Shown here piece by piece: positions 35,815 to 45,804 of a DNA stretch of 64,000 nt (position 1 is its first letter; every line of letters begins with the position of its first letter). The notes under the pieces are model-generated. The model was not told the DNA's origin, searched no databases, and was given only the letters and a program-made list of their open reading frames with translations. The stretch is from a virus. Its lineage: Duplodnaviria; Caudoviricetes. The stretch is taken from the IMG/VR virus record IMGVR_UViG_3300043391_000675, positions 1 through 64,000 of that record; one strand, written 5' to 3'. Position numbers and translations under genes: made by a program.

Positions 35815-38800
35815 TTTACTTCCTTAACCATAAGTGTTCCATCTTCTAAAGTTTTTAGAACTGGTTCGCATATCATTCCTTCTCGCATTTTTGCCAACGA
35901 TAATGGGTACATGCTTGAGAATACAATTGCTCTATTTAGATTCTTATCTTTATCTGACAGAACCAGGTGTGCCATAGTCTTGCCAGCTTTTGTTTTGTAT
36001 GGTGTATAGCTTATCACAAACCTTTGATTTTCGTCAATAGGATAAGACTGTGCATACAGGTATTTAACAAAAGCATCTTCAGAGTCTTTATTAATTAAAT
36101 CAACCTCTACATATCTAGATATTCTATTGTCACCAACAAGAACAAAATACATTTTGTTTGTTTCTATTTTTGTTTGTTCTATATCAAATAAACCAACTGA
36201 TCCGCTCTCATCAACAATCTCAATTCTGGACCAGCCAGCGCCACGCTTTATAGCCTTAGCCATTCCAAACATAACGAACGAGCCCAGCTCTTCAAACTCA
36301 TCAATTGGTCTAGCTTGTGCTTTAATCTTTGGGTCTAAATTAGAAAGGTTAAAGGAAGGTATTCCTAAAAATTCGTAATAAGACTCGGCTTCTTTGCCGC
36401 TTCTAGGGTTATCATCAAAAGCAGCGCCCCCAATAGCGTTAAGAGAAGCAATGGCCCTAGAATTAATGCCGCTACCTTTCTTGGATGCCTTGTCAACAAA
36501 GTCTTTGTAGTTTTCATACGGTCTCTTTTCTATAATTTTATTTGCAATACTGTCTGAAATAAATTTAATCTCTGCTAATCCAAATCTAATTGAATCTTTT
36601 TGTAATGAAAAGTTTACGTCTGATTCATTTACATGGGGAAGCTTTACTTTAATCCCAAGTCTTTTTGCTTCAATCAAATAACCTGTTCTGGCGTCTTTGT
36701 CGCCTTCGTTTTTGAGGATCGAGAATAAAAATTCCAAAGGATAATAGCACTTAAGCCAAGCGGTATAATAAGAAAGCATAGAATAAGCGACAGCGTGACT
36801 ACGATTGAATGAGTATCCAGCGTGAGCTTCGAATGTTTTCCAGAGGTTGTCTGCTTCTTCTGCGCTGATATGCTTTTTAGCGCCTTGAATAAATTTATCT
36901 TTGAATGGACTGAGTTCTTTTGCATCTTGCTTTTTACCAATAACCTTTCTAACTTTGTCAGCCTCTGACCAAGTCATTCCTCCTAGGTGTACGCATGCTT
37001 GCATAACCTGCTCTTGATAGATAATAACTCCATATGTATTTTCTGTAAACGGTTTCATGATTGGATGAATATAATTTACCGCTTCATTACCATGCTTACG
37101 CTTAATGTAAGAAGCTCCAACTGTATTCATAGCTCCTGGTCTAACCAAAGCATTTGATGCAGCCAAGTCTTCAAACTTATCGACACGCATCTTTATGAGT
37201 AGGTTGGTGTATGGAGTTGCTTCCGCTTGGAATATACCCTTTGTGTAACCATCATTAAAAATCTTATATACATTTTTATCATCTAAAGCGATATCGTAAA
37301 GATTTATATCCTTACTGTATCTATCTTTAATTGATTTTAAAGTATCAGAGATTACAGATAAAGTCTTAAGACCTAGGGCATCTAGCTTAATAAGACCTAT
37401 ATCTGCAACCGTATCCATATCGTATGCCACGACTGGAATTCTTCCAGACACATCGTCATTTGCGTCTGCTCTTGATTCTATTGGTGCATACTTTCTTAAA
37501 TCATCTTTTGCAACCACAACACCAGCAGCATGAACTCCAACACTTCGAATCTTTCCACGAAGTCTTTCTGCAAGCCAAGTTACCTCTGGATACTTTGCTC
37601 TAAATTCTTTTGTATTAGGAGAATCCATAAAGTCTTCGAAGGTGTCAATTGATTTCATTGCACGATTAACATCAGATAGGGGCACCATAAACACACGGGC
37701 AGCATCTCTAATTACACCCTTATCTTTAAAGTAGGTGTATGTGGAAATAGAAGCAACGTGCTTAAACTTCTTCTTTAAATAATCTTTAACTTCTTTACGG
37801 CGACGGTCTTCAAAGTCGGTATCAATATCTGGAAAGTCATTACGCTCAGGGTTAATAAATCGGAAGAAAAGTAGGTCATACTTAATTGGATCTACATCTG
37901 TAATGCCAAGAGCGTAGCAAACCAATGAGCCAGCTGCAGAACCACGTCCTGGACCAACCATAATATTATTTGACTTAGCCCATGTAATCATATCTGCTAC
38001 AACTAGGAAATATGAGGCAAATGCTTTATCTTTAATTATAGATAACTCTTCTGCAATTCTATCCAAGTAGACCTGATCTTTGTCTAGGGATAGTCTTTTA
38101 AGGCCTTCTAAGGCCATATCAGACAGTTTCTTGTCAGCATTGGTCTTTGGGATAGGTAGCAGATCTAATCCGCTATGGAAGTCATACTCCTCAATCTTAT
38201 CAGCAATATCCATTGTATTATCATATATATCTGTACGAGTAATGCCTGCCTTATTAAAGTCCGCCTCAATTTCAGACCTACTTTGAATAAATAGATTATA
38301 GTCTTGGAATGATATTCTGCGGTCTGGGTACAAGTAATTAAATCTATCCAGCATATCTGGCATTTGTCTAGACATTTCAAAGTCTGCATCTTTATCCGAC
38401 TTAGGAGATGTTGATAGAATAAGCATTGCTTCTTCTAATACTCTATCTTCTTCTTTAGCAAAGTGGGCATCTCCTGTTGCCACCGCTTTAATCTTAAGCT
38501 TGTCCGCTAATTCTAAAAGGGCGGAGTTGATCTCCACAGGGTTATGTGATTGCACTTCCACGTAAAAATCTTGTCCGAAAGTTTGTTTAAAGCTTTTGAG
38601 AAGAAGTTCTGCTTCCTCCATGTTACCTTTATCGATAGCCTTACTAATGAGTCCATTAAGACATCCGCTGAGAACGATAATACCTTCGCTATAATCATTT
38701 AAAACCTCTCTGTCAATTCTTGGCTTATGATAAAAGCCTTCTGTCCAAGCAAGCTCTTGGAGAGTATTAATATTTTCTAAACCTTTTTTATTTTTAGCTA

Positions 38801-39080
38801 AAAGAATAATATGATTGTAAGCCTGAATAGACTTATCAGTCTTTGAGGATCTATCAAATCTATCTGTTGGTGAAATGTATGCTTCTACTCCAAGGATCGG
38901 CTTAATGCCTTGCTCCTTACATGCAATTTGCATGTCACGGTGTGAAGATAATGTTCCGTGGTCAGTAATTGCCAAGGAAGTTTGTCCAGCTTCTTTTGCA
39001 GCCTTTACGAGTTCGGCAGGAGAATTAAGTCCATCCATTAATGAATAGAAAGAATGCACATGCAAATGTGTGAAGTTCAA
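35811..39080 (-). CDS. dnaE: DNA polymerase III alpha subunit
   Basis: PHP motif HLHVH..YS.MDG, GPGRGSAAGS, PDIDTD, FNRSHAVAY; TTG start at 39080 after a GGAG SD; no intein. Confidence 0.96.
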   Translation of the reverse strand: MNFTHLHVHSFYSLMDGLNSPAELVKAAKEAGQTSLAITDHGTLSSHRDMQIACKEQGIKPILGVEAYISPTDRFDRSSKTDKSIQAYNHIILLAKNKKGLENINTLQELAWTEGFYHKPRIDREVLNDYSEGIIVLSGCLNGLISKAIDKGNMEEAELLLKSFKQTFGQDFYVEVQSHNPVEINSALLELADKLKIKAVATGDAHFAKEEDRVLEEAMLILSTSPKSDKDADFEMSRQMPDMLDRFNYLYPDRRISFQDYNLFIQSRSEIEADFNKAGITRTDIYDNTMDIADKIEEYDFHSGLDLLPIPKTNADKKLSDMALEGLKRLSLDKDQVYLDRIAEELSIIKDKAFASYFLVVADMITWAKSNNIMVGPGRGSAAGSLVCYALGITDVDPIKYDLLFFRFINPERNDFPDIDTDFEDRRRKEVKDYLKKKFKHVASISTYTYFKDKGVIRDAARVFMVPLSDVNRAMKSIDTFEDFMDSPNTKEFRAKYPEVTWLAERLRGKIRSVGVHAAGVVVAKDDLRKYAPIESRADANDDVSGRIPVVAYDMDTVADIGLIKLDALGLKTLSVISDTLKSIKDRYSKDINLYDIALDDKNVYKIFNDGYTKGIFQAEATPYTNLLIKMRVDKFEDLAASNALVRPGAMNTVGASYIKRKHGNEAVNYIHPIMKPFTENTYGVIIYQEQVMQACVHLGGMTWSEADKVRKVIGKKQDAKELSPFKDKFIQGAKKHISAEEADNLWKTFEAHAGYSFNRSHAVAYSMLSYYTAWLKCYYPLEFLFSILKNEGDKDARTGYLIEAKRLGIKVKLPHVNESDVNFSLQKDSIRFGLAEIKFISDSIANKIIEKRPYENYKDFVDKASKKGSGINSRAIASLNAIGGAAFDDNPRSGKEAESYYEFLGIPSFNLSNLDPKIKAQARPIDEFEELGSFVMFGMAKAIKRGAGWSRIEIVDESGSVGLFDIEQTKIETNKMYFVLVGDNRISRYVEVDLINKDSEDAFVKYLYAQSYPIDENQRFVISYTPYKTKAGKTMAHLVLSDKDKNLNRAIVFSSMYPLSLAKMREGMICEPVLKTLEDGTLMVKEVK

Positions 39081-39105
39081 CTTAATTCTCCGCCTATACT
39101 CTCTG

Positions 39106-39780
39106 TTACCAGTCGACGCTGCTACTGGTTGAAGATGATTCTCTTTCTTCTGGAGATGATTCTCCATTATAAAAAGCTTCTTGCTCTGCGTATGGAACGC
39201 TACGAACTGCTGTCTTCTCTAAATCAAACAGCTCCACAGAAGAGAAATCAAATGGCTTTTCATCTTTAGCCAAAGGAATGATTGTGTAACTTGTATCTGT
39301 TTTAAGACCGCTACGCTTTACTCTCCACATTAGATTTGAGATGCTTCCCATTTCATTTGCGTATTCAATTAGTGTTGGTGTAATTGTTTTTCCACTTACA
39401 CCCTGAGAAAGAATGGCAACATATGGCTCAGTCTTTCCATCATCAACTAATACGTTAATATAAAGACGCTTTCTTGCACCCCATCCAGCTTTTGGATCTT
39501 TGCGATGCTGTTCTTGAGCCCAGTCACGGCCTTCGTCTTCCATTGTATCTAATGCCTTACGGCGATAATCTTTAGGGTTTGTGTGTTCAATTGCAAAAAA
39601 TCCGCAACCCATTTTTTCATTATAGTTTGGTGAATCTGGATCAAGCTCTTGCAAAAAGCGAATCTTTACTGCTTCTCCATCTTCAATCTTTAACCACTTT
39701 GCCTTGCTGTCTTCTGAACTAGTATATGTAACCTTGTCCATTGCCTTTGTCATCCCTGACAAACCTTTTACTATTCCCAT
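39106..39780 (-). CDS. Probable gp32-like ssDNA-binding protein
   Basis: WLK..DG..VKIRFL, then RVKRSGLKTDTSY and an acidic tail; located between primase and polymerase. Confidence 0.6.
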   Translation of the reverse strand: MGIVKGLSGMTKAMDKVTYTSSEDSKAKWLKIEDGEAVKIRFLQELDPDSPNYNEKMGCGFFAIEHTNPKDYRRKALDTMEDEGRDWAQEQHRKDPKAGWGARKRLYINVLVDDGKTEPYVAILSQGVSGKTITPTLIEYANEMGSISNLMWRVKRSGLKTDTSYTIIPLAKDEKPFDFSSVELFDLEKTAVRSVPYAEQEAFYNGESSPEERESSSTSSSVDW

Positions 39781-39838
39781 TTTATTCTCCTTATGTATGT
39801 AACGGTGTATATCCGTTTGTAATCACTTATATTGTTGT

Positions 39839-40828
39839 TTAATTTTTATATTCAAAATTAGATATGGCATTTGTTATGCAGGCTTTAATATCTTCATCAG
39901 ACATATCACCTGCATCTTTTACACCCTCTGGATATATTCTACCATAAGAATGCGATGCCCACAAGATGTTTTTATTACTTAGTTTATATGCAATTGTTGA
40001 GCCTAAATCTCTTCCCGCCTTATCTGCATCAGTCATAATAATAACTGTATTGAAGTATCTATTTAGCAAGTTAAGGTTTTGTCCAGATATGTGGCCCCCA
40101 AGTGTGGCCACAACATTTGGAAACCCAGCCTGATGAACACGAATTGCATCGAAGCTGGACTCCACAACTATAACCCTATCTCCAATTTTTTTGGCACGGT
40201 GGATATTAAACATAGTTTTGCTTCTTGGCAAGTCTTTGCTATTCTTAAACCTTTTATCTGATATAGATCTACCAACTACACCGACTGGAACTCCATCTGG
40301 GCTATGTACTGGAACAGTTATCATATCCATATTTTCAGAATACCCTAATGAAAAATGTTCAATTGATTGTAAATCAATACCACGTGATTTTAAATACTCT
40401 TTTGCTTTGTCGCTTCCGACTAATCCATTATATAAACTTTTTAATGTCTCATCTGGAAATTCAACAAAGTCTGGCTTATCCTCTAGAATGTCTTTAAGAG
40501 ATTCATCAAAGTTTTCTAGGGCCTCAGATTGTTTTGATTCAATATACCTCAAAGATTGGAACTCATTTTTATTTAAAATCTTTTTTACTAGATCGCTTAG
40601 AGTACCTGCTTCTCCACAAGAAGGATTAAAGCATAGGTAGGCCCCTTTTGTTTTGCTTACGCTAAAGCTTGAGGTATGTCTATTGGAATGAAATGGGCAG
40701 TATGCTAGGTAATCATTAGATGTTTCACCCACCATATCTATTCCAAGGCTTTGGATTATTGATTTGATATGGACGGGGCTATACTCCGAGCTATCAACTT
40801 GCCTTGAGTTATACCCTCTAATTGCCAT
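39839..40828 (-). CDS. dnaG: DNA primase (Zn finger plus TOPRIM)
   Basis: CPFH...C..C; VVES.FD; MTDAD.AG. Confidence 0.9.
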   Translation of the reverse strand: MAIRGYNSRQVDSSEYSPVHIKSIIQSLGIDMVGETSNDYLAYCPFHSNRHTSSFSVSKTKGAYLCFNPSCGEAGTLSDLVKKILNKNEFQSLRYIESKQSEALENFDESLKDILEDKPDFVEFPDETLKSLYNGLVGSDKAKEYLKSRGIDLQSIEHFSLGYSENMDMITVPVHSPDGVPVGVVGRSISDKRFKNSKDLPRSKTMFNIHRAKKIGDRVIVVESSFDAIRVHQAGFPNVVATLGGHISGQNLNLLNRYFNTVIIMTDADKAGRDLGSTIAYKLSNKNILWASHSYGRIYPEGVKDAGDMSDEDIKACITNAISNFEYKN

Positions 40829-41055
40829 GCCTTCTTCTTTCCTACGTATATACCATGAAGAGTCATTAAGAATCTCCACGTTTCTCCAGTAAACTCTATT
40901 GAGAAAGCTGGGTCAACATCTAACACCCTGATATACCCTTTGCCACGCATATCTTGAACTAACAAGTTTTCGTACTGTGGTCTTAAACTTATTAACTGTG
41001 CGTTATCATAAAATTCAACCTGTATTTGAAACCTTTTTATATTTCTATGGGTCAC
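40756..41055 (-). CDS. Hypothetical protein
   Basis: ORF track. Confidence 0.65.
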   Translation of the reverse strand: MTHRNIKRFQIQVEFYDNAQLISLRPQYENLLVQDMRGKGYIRVLDVDPAFSIEFTGETWRFLMTLHGIYVGKKKAWQLEGITQGKLIARSIAPSISNQ

Positions 41056-42287
41056 TTGCTCAACTCTGGTAAGTCTTCATAGATTGGGGTAATAATTCCT
41101 CTATTAATGTCCCAGTCAAGGAAGAATCTAAAATCGTGACCGTGCCTATTTTTTCTAGATACAATCTCAATCAAATCTGTATTAGCATGCTTATGGATAG
41201 CAATGGCCATATCGGCATCATATTCAATAGCCTTTGACCATGCAACCTGACTCATCATCGGTGGCTCTTTTTGATCTGAAATATCATCTGCTGTAGCAGC
41301 AGTAATATCAATAATAGGAATTCCATTTGTTACAGCTAATAACTTAAAGTCTCTTGAAATATTTCTATTTCTTTCAACTTCAGAATTGCTTCGCTTATTA
41401 TCATTAAACAGCTGATGATAATCAAGAATAACTAAGTCTGGTTTATGCTGATCAATCTTGCCCTGAATAGTTGCTGGAGTTACTTCTCCTGCACCCTCGT
41501 TTGAAACAAGAATGAAACTGTTCTTACCCTCAGTCTTTTTCTTTCCCCATGTTTTAAAATCGTCAATGTTAATGTCACCCTTAGACAAATCGCTTGCTCT
41601 AAATAAACCAGAACCAAGCATTGTATAAATTCTATCTCGCATATTCTCTGGTGCCATTTCAAGAGAGACAATCATTGGCTTAAAACCTTGCTCCCAAGCT
41701 TTACAAGCAAGGTACGACGTAAACCAAGTCTTACCGCGACCTGGCCAACCAATTGCGACAATAAGATGTCCTGGAGCCATTCCAGTTGGGTATGCTTTAT
41801 CAATTGCATCAAAGCCCGTTAAGATTCCTGGGCTTCCGCCCATTGCTAAAGATCTAGTTCTTACTGACTCATAGTGTCTTTCTGCTGAATCTAAATCTGT
41901 TATGTCTAGGTCTTTAACATTGTTTGTGTACCTACTTAAGTTTGCAAGTTGCGATTGCATTGTTCCAAGCACTCTAGACGGAGCATCTTCTTTTAAAGAT
42001 GAGCCAGCCTGCATAAGAATTGTCTTTAGCTTATTTCCTACAAATTCATTCTTTAGCTTATCTAGATAATAACCAGTCTCTCCTTTTGTTTCAACTGGCT
42101 CAAAATCTTTAAACTTATCCTTTAATATTGAAGCTTCTGGTACTGCTCTAAACTTATAATAGTATGACTTAAGGCCATCCCAAATATCCTTATGAGATAC
42201 AAATAGGTCGTCTGAATTATCGGCAAGGATAGTGCTTATATCTTTATTCTTACAAACTGCTGAAATTAGTTCGGCTTCTGTATTCAT
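41052..42287 (-). CDS. dnaB: DnaB-like replicative helicase
   Basis: GWPGRGKT, SLEM, ILDYHQL, DAD, KNRHG. Confidence 0.92.
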   Translation of the reverse strand: MNTEAELISAVCKNKDISTILADNSDDLFVSHKDIWDGLKSYYYKFRAVPEASILKDKFKDFEPVETKGETGYYLDKLKNEFVGNKLKTILMQAGSSLKEDAPSRVLGTMQSQLANLSRYTNNVKDLDITDLDSAERHYESVRTRSLAMGGSPGILTGFDAIDKAYPTGMAPGHLIVAIGWPGRGKTWFTSYLACKAWEQGFKPMIVSLEMAPENMRDRIYTMLGSGLFRASDLSKGDINIDDFKTWGKKKTEGKNSFILVSNEGAGEVTPATIQGKIDQHKPDLVILDYHQLFNDNKRSNSEVERNRNISRDFKLLAVTNGIPIIDITAATADDISDQKEPPMMSQVAWSKAIEYDADMAIAIHKHANTDLIEIVSRKNRHGHDFRFFLDWDINRGIITPIYEDLPELSK

Positions 42288-42601
42288 TAGTTATCCTCAA
42301 CCATTCTTTTAGTCTCTTGCAACAGACGGCTTCTGTTAATTTTATCTTCTTTAATCTGAATCATCATATTTTCTATTCGATCAAAGTTGTTGTAAAAAAA
42401 ATTAAGCGGGTGCCTATTCTTTCCAGTTTTAAAGTAATACTCTAACACATCTTTAGATCTATCAAACCCTATGCTATCTATGACATCTTGCATAGCCCAT
42501 TTTTCTTTGTACCTATTAATGGTTGGCTTTGTTTTATAAGCCTCCTCATATAAATTAGAATATAAAGAAAGAAGAATGTAGGGTTCTTTATTTACTGCCA
42601 C
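42287..42601 (-). CDS. Hypothetical protein next to the helicase
   Basis: ORF track. Confidence 0.7.
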   Translation of the reverse strand: MAVNKEPYILLSLYSNLYEEAYKTKPTINRYKEKWAMQDVIDSIGFDRSKDVLEYYFKTGKNRHPLNFFYNNFDRIENMMIQIKEDKINRSRLLQETKRMVEDN

Positions 42602-42797
42602 GCAATTCCTCTTCTACTTCTTGTGTCTTTTGTATTAGCTTATCTTCAACAAACTTATATACTCTATCTGCTGCGGCATCGACTGTTTCACCTTCTCTAA
42701 CAAAATCGTCTACGCCAATACCGATTTTGATGCTCTCAAAATTACCGAGGTTGCGTGTAAAAGATAAGTCTACTCTAACTTGAGTTCCTTTTTCCAT
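42588..42797 (-). CDS. Conserved phage hypothetical protein
   Basis: TRNLGNFESIKI motif. Confidence 0.7.
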   Translation of the reverse strand: MEKGTQVRVDLSFTRNLGNFESIKIGIGVDDFVREGETVDAAADRVYKFVEDKLIQKTQEVEEELRGSK

Positions 42798-42904
42798 TAG
42801 TGCTCAGCCTTTCTATGTCTGCTTAAACTGTCATGAGCAAAGATGCCCCAACGTAATTCTATCTCTTTCTTGCATATGTCACAGACTACTACCCTGTTAG
42901 ACAT
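42797..42904 (-). CDS. 35-aa C2H2-type zinc finger, not in ORF track
   Basis: CDIC...LSRHRKAEH; TAATG overlaps on both sides. Confidence 0.6.
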   Translation of the reverse strand: MSNRVVVCDICKKEIELRWGIFAHDSLSRHRKAEH

Positions 42905-43386
42905 TATTCTGCTTTCCATACTGGTACAAAATTTCCTTCATTGGTCTTAGTATACAATATAGTGTTGTGTTTGAGAAGAGCTCTCATCTCATTCTTTGAT
43001 GGCATATCCTTAGAGTATCCTGATTCTAATATAAACTCATGTATGTCCATAATGTCCGATTCACTATACATAAACTTATACCAAGTACTATCTGGATTAC
43101 CTATTGGATATACTTTCTGAGGATATCTTATCTTCCCGTCCAAAATATAATCTTCTATGGTGACCTTATGCTTACCAAGCATTTGAGCTACTTGACTAGT
43201 TGAATATGCATTCTCCATAGTTTTTAAAACTTGTGAATAGGAATAAAGCAATCTTTTTTTATCTGGATAGCACCAAGCAACCATTTGGTCTTTAGATCTT
43301 GAATGACTTAATACTTTATGTATCTTGTTATTTAAGAAGAAATACCGAATGCTTTTAACTGAATTTTTTCTCTTTTTTCTAACCAT
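42904..43386 (-). CDS. HTH (MerR-like) DNA-binding protein
   Basis: YSTSQVAQMLGKHKVTIEDYI. Confidence 0.7.
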   Translation of the reverse strand: MVRKKRKNSVKSIRYFFLNNKIHKVLSHSRSKDQMVAWCYPDKKRLLYSYSQVLKTMENAYSTSQVAQMLGKHKVTIEDYILDGKIRYPQKVYPIGNPDSTWYKFMYSESDIMDIHEFILESGYSKDMPSKNEMRALLKHNTILYTKTNEGNFVPVWKAE

Positions 43387-43520
43387 TTACCTAGTGCACT
43401 CGTATCCTTATTAATCATCCATCTTTTACCGCACATCATGCAGAAAAGCTCTACGTGTAGTTTTTGTGAAAATACCCTATCAACAAAAACTCTTCCTTGG
43501 CATTTACTACATTTCATCAT
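43332..43520 (-). CDS. Zinc-ribbon protein
   Basis: CSKC...CMMCG. Confidence 0.65.
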   Translation of the reverse strand: MMKCSKCQGRVFVDRVFSQKLHVELFCMMCGKRWMINKDTSALGKWLEKREKIQLKAFGISS

Positions 43521-44317
43521 AGTGTAAATAGCTTCCCATCAACAACACATGAATAGTCTGGTGCCACATGAATCATCTGAATATGTGGATAGTCATTTAC
43601 AATATGTGCAATAGCAAAACCTTTTTGCCAATCGTGGTGCTGCATATATTTCATACCTGGTCCTTTTTCATCACACATATGTCCAAGCTCATACCCACGA
43701 AGAGTTTCTCCCTCGCCACCATTTCTTAGTTCATATGTTACAAGGTGCGAAGCAATTCTATGAGAGTGCCCTCTGATTAAAGATACCTGTAAGTCTTCCA
43801 TGTCTTTACGAACAGATCCAGTTGATGCAATTGAAAGTCCATGGTGTACATGTATGTCTCCAAATCGTCGTTTAGGCAATTCGTTATAATGAATGTATTC
43901 GTAACCTAGTGAATCTAATCCCCACAGTGCTTCTGCAGTAACTTCATTAATATAGTCGGGAAGTTTTGCATCCACATAGTTAAAAATTCTAACATCATGG
44001 TTTCCTAATGCTGAAAAAAGTTGAGCTTCTGGAAGCATCTCTCGTGTCTTTGTATAAAAATCTCTAGCGCCTTTTGCTTCATGGCGCATCATTGGAACAA
44101 TAAGATCTCTACTGTCAGTCTTGTGAAGGTTTAAAAATTCTGCTGATCTTCCTTCTGTGTACTTGCTATAACAGGCCTGATCATCCGTATCGCCAAGGTA
44201 GTCAACGACGTCTGGCTTAAACCACTTAATGACCTTAAACCATAGTGCAATCATTTTATCATCTTGATACGGGAACTGCTGGTCGGATGAAATCATCCAC
44301 TTTAAATCGTTGCTCAT
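43517..44317 (-). CDS. Calcineurin-like metallophosphoesterase
   Basis: SDxQ, GD, GNHD, HGL, GHSH. Confidence 0.85.
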   Translation of the reverse strand: MSNDLKWMISSDQQFPYQDDKMIALWFKVIKWFKPDVVDYLGDTDDQACYSKYTEGRSAEFLNLHKTDSRDLIVPMMRHEAKGARDFYTKTREMLPEAQLFSALGNHDVRIFNYVDAKLPDYINEVTAEALWGLDSLGYEYIHYNELPKRRFGDIHVHHGLSIASTGSVRKDMEDLQVSLIRGHSHRIASHLVTYELRNGGEGETLRGYELGHMCDEKGPGMKYMQHHDWQKGFAIAHIVNDYPHIQMIHVAPDYSCVVDGKLFTL

Positions 44318-44338
44318 TAAAACCCTTAATATATATAA

Positions 44339-44358
44339 AAGCCACGATATCGTGGCTT
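44339..44358. other. Perfect 20-bp palindrome (hairpin or operator)
   Basis: aagccacgat-atcgtggctt in the gap between the tail and replication modules. Confidence 0.8.
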
Positions 44359-44406
44359 AATGTTATAGTAATTGTAACATATTAAACTGGTGTGTCAATA
44401 GTAATG

Positions 44407-44829
44407 TTATGGTGCAGAAACAATTTTTTTACCAGCGCTAATCCAATGAAAATTAATTGGGCCTTTAACATTTTTTTCAGCGTAAACATTTAGCTTGGTG
44501 GAGTCTTTGTTTCCAGAAATAGACCATCTAATATTATTTGTCTTTGGGTCTTGTAGTCTTGGGGTTGCTACGACATACGCAACTTCATAGTCAGCGCCCC
44601 AACCTAATTCTATTTCAATTGTATTTACCTTGCCACCTACTAATCCGTTTTCAAATGTGGCTACGTCAGCGTTTAGATGCATTACAGAAAGTTTAGTTAC
44701 GCTATTTGCAGTAGTTGTGCTTAAGTTATAAGACTCATCAGATTGAAGTTTTATTTGATCTATCTGAGTTTGAAGGTCTTGAAGCTTTTTTGGATCTACT
44801 GGCTCACCGTCTGCAAATGTTACTGTCAA
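44407..44829 (-). CDS. Probable minor virion protein
   Basis: Last gene of the tail block; coiled N-terminus, beta-rich C-terminus. Confidence 0.55.
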   Translation of the reverse strand: MTVTFADGEPVDPKKLQDLQTQIDQIKLQSDESYNLSTTTANSVTKLSVMHLNADVATFENGLVGGKVNTIEIELGWGADYEVAYVVATPRLQDPKTNNIRWSISGNKDSTKLNVYAEKNVKGPINFHWISAGKKIVSAP

Positions 44830-45018
44830 TTACATTTCCTCCAGCTTAGATTGAATTTCATCGGAATAACTATCTAAAGCTTTTTGTTTATCATCTGATT
44901 GATTAGATAGCACTGTAAGTTCTGCTCTTAGCATAGCAATTTGCAACTCATAATTAGCTGCGAGTTGCCCAATTCTTTCCTGCATAGCAGTTATAATTAG
45001 CTCTTCTTTATTTTGCAT
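44830..45018 (-). CDS. Coiled-coil protein
   Basis: Heptad pattern. Confidence 0.65.
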   Translation of the reverse strand: MQNKEELIITAMQERIGQLAANYELQIAMLRAELTVLSNQSDDKQKALDSYSDEIQSKLEEM

Positions 45019-45026
45019 TTTTGTCC

Positions 45027-45245
45027 TTAGCTAACTAAAAGTAGTTCTGCTTCAAGGGCAGCTATTTTTTTATTAATTGAAACAAGCTGCGAGTTCAACT
45101 GACTTAAAGATTCTGCAGAAGGTGTCGTTAAAGACTGCTCTTCTAGAATTGAAAGATCTGTATTATACTTAGTATAAGATAGATTTCTTAGGTGAGTTGT
45201 AATCACCGTTGCTTTTTCTTCATTTGTTAATTCATAATCTGACAT
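45027..45245 (-). CDS. Coiled-coil protein
   Basis: Heptad pattern; GGAGG SD and TGGTATAAT promoter upstream. Confidence 0.65.
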   Translation of the reverse strand: MSDYELTNEEKATVITTHLRNLSYTKYNTDLSILEEQSLTTPSAESLSQLNSQLVSINKKIAALEAELLLVS

Positions 45246-45279
45246 TTTATACCTCCATGTTTATTATATTATTATACCA

Positions 45280-45516
45280 TTACCATTTGTCTACAGGACA
45301 AGTGGCTAATTGAAGCTTTGTTTTAGCCGCCATAAAGCAGCCACATTCAGAACATGTTTTAGTTGTCTGATTAAAAAGAGGGCATTCTAAGCATATAGAA
45401 TACCTTTTATCAGCTAAATCCTTATCTGCATACTCTGTATTTGGATCTAGAAAATCCCATGGCTTTACCCCATCGGAAGTTACTAGATTTTTCATCTGTT
45501 GCCATTTGCTAGCCAA
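45280..45516 (-). CDS. Cys-rich protein (DUF6171-like)
   Basis: ICLECP...TCSECGCFM..K...ATCPVDKW; TTG start at 45516. Confidence 0.7.
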   Translation of the reverse strand: MASKWQQMKNLVTSDGVKPWDFLDPNTEYADKDLADKRYSICLECPLFNQTTKTCSECGCFMAAKTKLQLATCPVDKW

Positions 45517-45748
45517 TTTCTTCTCGCTTTTCAAAACCCGTTCCATTCCACAAATATCCTTCTGCGGGAGTTGGTAAATCATCAATATCTAATTGAAGAT
45601 CTTCCATATCAATAATGGTTGGATTGCTTGCTAGTGCTGATCTAAGAAGAAATGTTTCTTGTGTTCCAGTAGGTATATTAAACCAACCAGCAAACTCTCC
45701 TTCAATTAAAACCATATAGGTGCTTCCACCTAGATCTAATTTATTCAT
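45509..45748 (-). CDS. Hypothetical protein (tail fibre-associated?)
   Basis: ORF track; GYLWNG motif. Confidence 0.65.
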   Translation of the reverse strand: MNKLDLGGSTYMVLIEGEFAGWFNIPTGTQETFLLRSALASNPTIIDMEDLQLDIDDLPTPAEGYLWNGTGFEKREEIG

Positions 45749-45804
45749 TTATTACCTTTCGAGTTACTATATTCTATCATTTTTAGTGATATTGTCAATA
45801 CCAT

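Noticed and set aside
39795-39820. Small hairpin in the leader of the gp32-like gene (possible autoregulation)
   Set aside because: The stem is only 5 bp, which is expected by chance.
28691-42287. Inteins or introns in terL, recA, dnaE and dnaB
   Set aside because: Lengths are ordinary, motifs are contiguous, and no C/S...HN splice motifs or LAGLIDADG inserts were seen.
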